This document shows, piece after piece, positions 60,459-64,000 of a DNA stretch of 64,000 nt. Origin of the DNA: Pelomyxa schiedti. Lineage: Eukaryota; Protista; Evosea. Location: contig JAHLWZ010000004.1 in assembly GCA_020536535.1 (NCBI GenBank), positions 1 to 64,000 on the forward strand, given 5' to 3'. The position numbers and the translations under genes were made by a program. How positions within the stretch are numbered: position 1 is the first letter of the stretch; every line of letters starts with the position of its first letter. Below the pieces are notes generated by a model. It ran no database searches. It was not told the origin of the DNA and saw nothing but the letters and a program-made list of their open reading frames with translations.

Positions 60459-60707
60459 AGTGTGACAGTTGCTCCTTCGGTTTGTTGGTTTTTCGCTGCT
60501 AAAAAGTCACAGAACTTTTTCGTCTCATTGAACCGTTCATTCTGAGGCTTTCCTCAGAACGAGTCAACGGGGTGCCGTACAGGCTCCCCTCCCCAATGTG
60601 CTGTAACCACAGCTTCGTCATTGTTCTGCCAGAATTAGGCACTGAAAGCCAGTTCCGGAACCACAGGATCTTCTACTACCGCGAATTCGAATCAGTTGTT
60701 GGTGGTG

Positions 60708-62528
60708 ATGTCGGCGACGCCTACGGCTGGTTCGGCAGGCGATGTTGGCGACCAACCAACGGCTTCGTCCACGTCGTCGGGACCGGCGGCGTACCGAGGC
60801 GTCGCCCCCTTCGTAATTAGAAGGTACGGCTTTTTTTTTTTTTTTCTTTCCCCTTGGAACAATTCATACTCATATTGTGTGCAAACTACAGTAAACTTAC
60901 TGGTTCTGTGAGTTACGGTGTGCCTGGCAGTTATTTTTTTTTCCCCCTTTCTCGAAGTGTTATTGTGACATGAGGCTTGTTCAAGGTAACCCGTGGCCAA
61001 CTTGGACTGGAATATGGACTATGGAGAAGGTTACAGTGCACTCATCACTACTACATTAATAAGGAACAGAGGATAAACCTATAGAACTGTGTGTGTCCAC
61101 ATTTCTGAACACGCTCTCTTCTTTTTAGATGTTCAACTTTTTCACTCGCAAGTGCCCACCTCCACCTACTCTCGAGCAGCTCAACGCTTCAATACCTGTT
61201 TGTGCTGTGACTGAATCTCAGCTGGCCTCATCACAAAATCTTGTATTGTCCTGAACCTCTGCCATGTGTCTTAACACTACAAGTGCTGCTGGATGGGGCA
61301 CTCAACAGAATTTCTTCGACTAAACGGAGTCAACATCCTCACTGACCCAAGTACGTTCCATCTGACCTTTTTGTGGTAATAATTTTTTCGGCAGTATGGG
61401 GCCCAATAATTGGCCTTGACCTTGGTTTTACATATATCGGTAGAGAGAGATTGAGACCGCCACCAATTGATTTGGCACACTTACCCTCAATAGACTTTGT
61501 CATTGTAAGATTATTTTCCATCAAAGAAAACATACACTGTCCTCCCATTAGATATCCCATAATCACGTAGACCATCTGGATTTCACCACAATTTGTGCTC
61601 TGAAGAACTTGTTTGATCCAATGTTTCTTGTCCCTATTGTATCTCTCTAATTGTTGTAGTTATAAATAAACTACCCCAGGGAGCGAAATCTTGGTTCCTG
61701 CAGTGTGGCTTCACCAGGGTAATGTGTCTTTATTTTTATGCTGCAATAAATAACATAGGTTGAAGAATTGACCTGGTGGGATTCTTATACTTCTCCAGCA
61801 CACTCCAACGTTACCTTCACCTTTGTGCCTGCACAGCATTGGTCTGGAAGGAGCACTGTTCTTGACGCCAATGCTTCTCTATGGGGTGGATGGGTTTTTA
61901 CCAACTTTAGAAACGACCTTCATAATATTTATATAGGTGTTGACAACCAACGAAAATTTTAAAGTTTACTTTGCAGGAGATACTGGGTACTGTAGGTAAT
62001 CTGTCCTCAGTTCAGCTTGCATCCCCTCATTAATGAGTGTAGTGTTTTTCCACAAATTGCCAACCTGGGACCCTTTGATCTTTCTTTTATCCCAATTGCT
62101 CCTGAAAACCCCAGACAGTTTGTATTTCCTTGGATGCCAGTTCCCTCAGGTAAAAATACACAGTGTGATGAAGGCACAGCACGTTGGATTTGAAGAAGCA
62201 GTGAAGATTCACCAAGAAGTAAATTCGAAGTGTTCATATGCCATTCACTGGGGTGTGCCTGCCTTTCCATACCCAAAGTTAGTTTTCCTTATTCATAACA
62301 GGCACGTTCCCCATGGGAGCAGACGAACCCACAAGTGCCCCTTCACAATTGCAACAGGTGTGTCATGACCATGGTGTCACATCACCCTTCACTACACCAT
62401 CGATAGGCCAAGTCATTAACCTCACTCCCGTAATCCCCTCACCAGTCCTCTCTACCCCAACCGCAACCACCACAACAACTTCTACAACTACTACAACCAC
62501 AAACCCAGCCATTACTGAGAACACATAA
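60708..62528 (+). CDS. NAPEPLD: N-acyl-phosphatidylethanolamine phospholipase D-like metallo-beta-lactamase
   Basis: NPW, WMGHST..NILTDP, ISHNHVDHLD, PAQHWSGRS..LWGGW, YFAGDTGY and AIHWG|TF. Confidence 0.9.
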
Positions 62529-62602
62529 AAAAAAGTTTTGGGAATAAAAATGATGAAAGCAAGTTCTTTCATTCCACATGTAAGCATGTGTTTATCCTGA
62601 TC

Positions 62603-63915
62603 TTACTCCTTTGGTTTGGGAACTGTGGTGGTGTTAAATAGGGAAGCATTCTTGTGGGAAAAAAAATACCCCAGCACATTGAACAGAGGTCAGTGGTATT
62701 AACTGTGGTGCAGCAAGCACAAGTCCATGAATTCTGTGATTTGATTAGGTTTGGCACTAGGAGGGAAGGGAGTAGTACAGCTGCTGGGGCTGTGGTGGTG
62801 GGTGCAGAAGCTGTGGTGGCACCAAATATGAATCCTGTGGCGGGAGCGGCTGATGAAGGGGCCACAAACCCGGTGGTAGTGGTGCTTGGTGGCATTACAA
62901 AACCTGTTGCCGAACTGGTGCCTGTGCTTGATGGAACCACAAACCCGGTTGTTGTCCCTGTGCCTGATGGCACTACAAAGCCGGTTGTTGTGCTTGGTGA
63001 TGCGGTTGGGAAGGTAAAGCCTGGTGGGGGTGTTGTGTTGCCCGTCGCAGCTACGAAATTGAAACCTGGGACAGGTGTGAACCCAGTTGTACTTGTAGCG
63101 GCGGAGTCAACTTTTACTTTTTTCCCGGCAGAGGTGGGAGTGGGTTGTTGGGAGGTTTCTTTTGTGGAGGAAGGTGTGGATGGAGTCTGCTTTTCTTCTG
63201 TTTTTTTTGGTGTTGCCTCTTCAGGTTTCTTGGGTGTGCCTGCAGGCTTGGGTGCATCTTCAACTTTCTTGGGTGATTTTACTTCCTCTTTGTTTGGTGC
63301 TGCCTCTTCAGTTTTCTTTGGGGTTTCAGTGGGTTTCTTTGGTGTCTCCACATGGGTTTTAGTCTCTTCGCTCTTTTCTGGTGAGGGCAGAACTTTCTTT
63401 GGGGTAACCTCAGCTGTTGCACTATCAACCTTTTTGACTCCTCCATCTTTTGGAGCGTCTGTAGCCTTGGTGGGTTCTGAAGACTGTGTCGACTCTTTTG
63501 TAGGTGTATGAGGTACCTCTGGAGTGCTTAGAGGTGCGGCTGTGTCAGTTGTCTGCTAATATGTTAGGAGTTGCTTTTATTACTGTTGTTTATATGGGAT
63601 GGAGACATTACAGTTGTTGCCTTCAACTCCAGTGAGGCAAATGGGTTGGCCTAGTTTGGTAAAAATGTCAGTAATCGTTCTTCAACCAGGAAAGGGGTTA
63701 CAGTTGCTGCAGTCGTTTTTGTAGTTTTTGTTGTTGTTTTCTTCTTGCCCTTTACAGCCCCATTCTGTCCCCTCTTTACGTGGATTATCCTAAGGTAATG
63801 GTGTTTTTTTGGTAAAGAAAAATAGAACAATAATAATTAAAAAAAAAAAAATGTATCAGAGAACGAACTTTCTTTTTGCGAGAACATCAGCACCAGCGCG
63901 TTCAAATTTGTCCCC
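62603..63915 (-). CDS. NUP50: Nup50/Nup2-like nucleoporin with GF repeats and C-terminal RanBP2-type zinc finger (5' partial)
   Basis: GDKFERAGADVLAKRK|IIHVKR resembles the Nup50 N-terminal motif (GTFSMASEEVLKNRAIKKAKRR). TGFxxP repeats follow, and the protein ends WTCACCTTVNTTDLCSMCW|VPKPKE*. Confidence 0.7.
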
Positions 63916-64000
63916 CTGAGCAGTGTTAAAAAAAAAAAAGAGAGACAACACAAACACAAACTTTTTGCGTTTTTTCTCGCTGGTTTACGCTGCTAATGAA

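Noticed and set aside
1-64000. Possible alternative genetic code or programmed frameshifting, suggested by ORF fragmentation
   Set aside because: The breaks I examined are resolved by short GT/GC-AG introns. TAA, TAG and TGA all occur as genuine terminal stops.

Overview
Eukaryotic, very gene-dense nuclear DNA with about 34 protein-coding genes in 64 kb. Intergenic gaps are mostly under 300 bp, and many short spliceosomal introns (mostly ~40-100 nt) fragment the six-frame ORF track. All gene models were assembled by hand from GT/GC..AG junctions that restore conserved motifs, so some exon boundaries are approximate. The genome looks like an archamoeba, most like Pelomyxa (inference): the cytosolic AspRS carries the ~43-aa hinge insertion described for Entamoeba, and there are lineage-expanded ankyrin and 'RDQFLALA..PRCG..SPAR' families. 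Recognised genes: KH/RS RNA-binding protein, KCTD9-like, WDR55, membrin, histidine phosphatase, HAD hydrolase, F-box/multi-TM protein, DUF167, stand-alone biotinyl domain, SMYD, PP4R2, APC2, ThiF/E1-like, two paralogous PPC-like receptors, CTL/SLC44, ADP-ribosylhydrolase, ankyrin-metallophosphoesterase, XRCC1, J-less DnaJ, SH3-RING-TRAF, AspRS, mini-VASP, alpha/beta hydrolase, STN1, TLC/LAG1, copine, NAPE-PLD and Nup50-like. No rRNA, tRNA, CRISPR or mobile element was recognised. Most notable signals: (1) a repeating, transcription-independent CA-rich to GC-rich to GT-rich strand-asymmetry unit every few kb; (2) highly degenerate splice signals, including GC donors and many AAG acceptors; (3) a hidden -SKL peroxisomal signal on the histidine phosphatase; (4) a metallothionein-like head on a choline transporter; (5) a myristoylated ankyrin-metallophosphoesterase fusion between an ADP-ribosylhydrolase and XRCC1.
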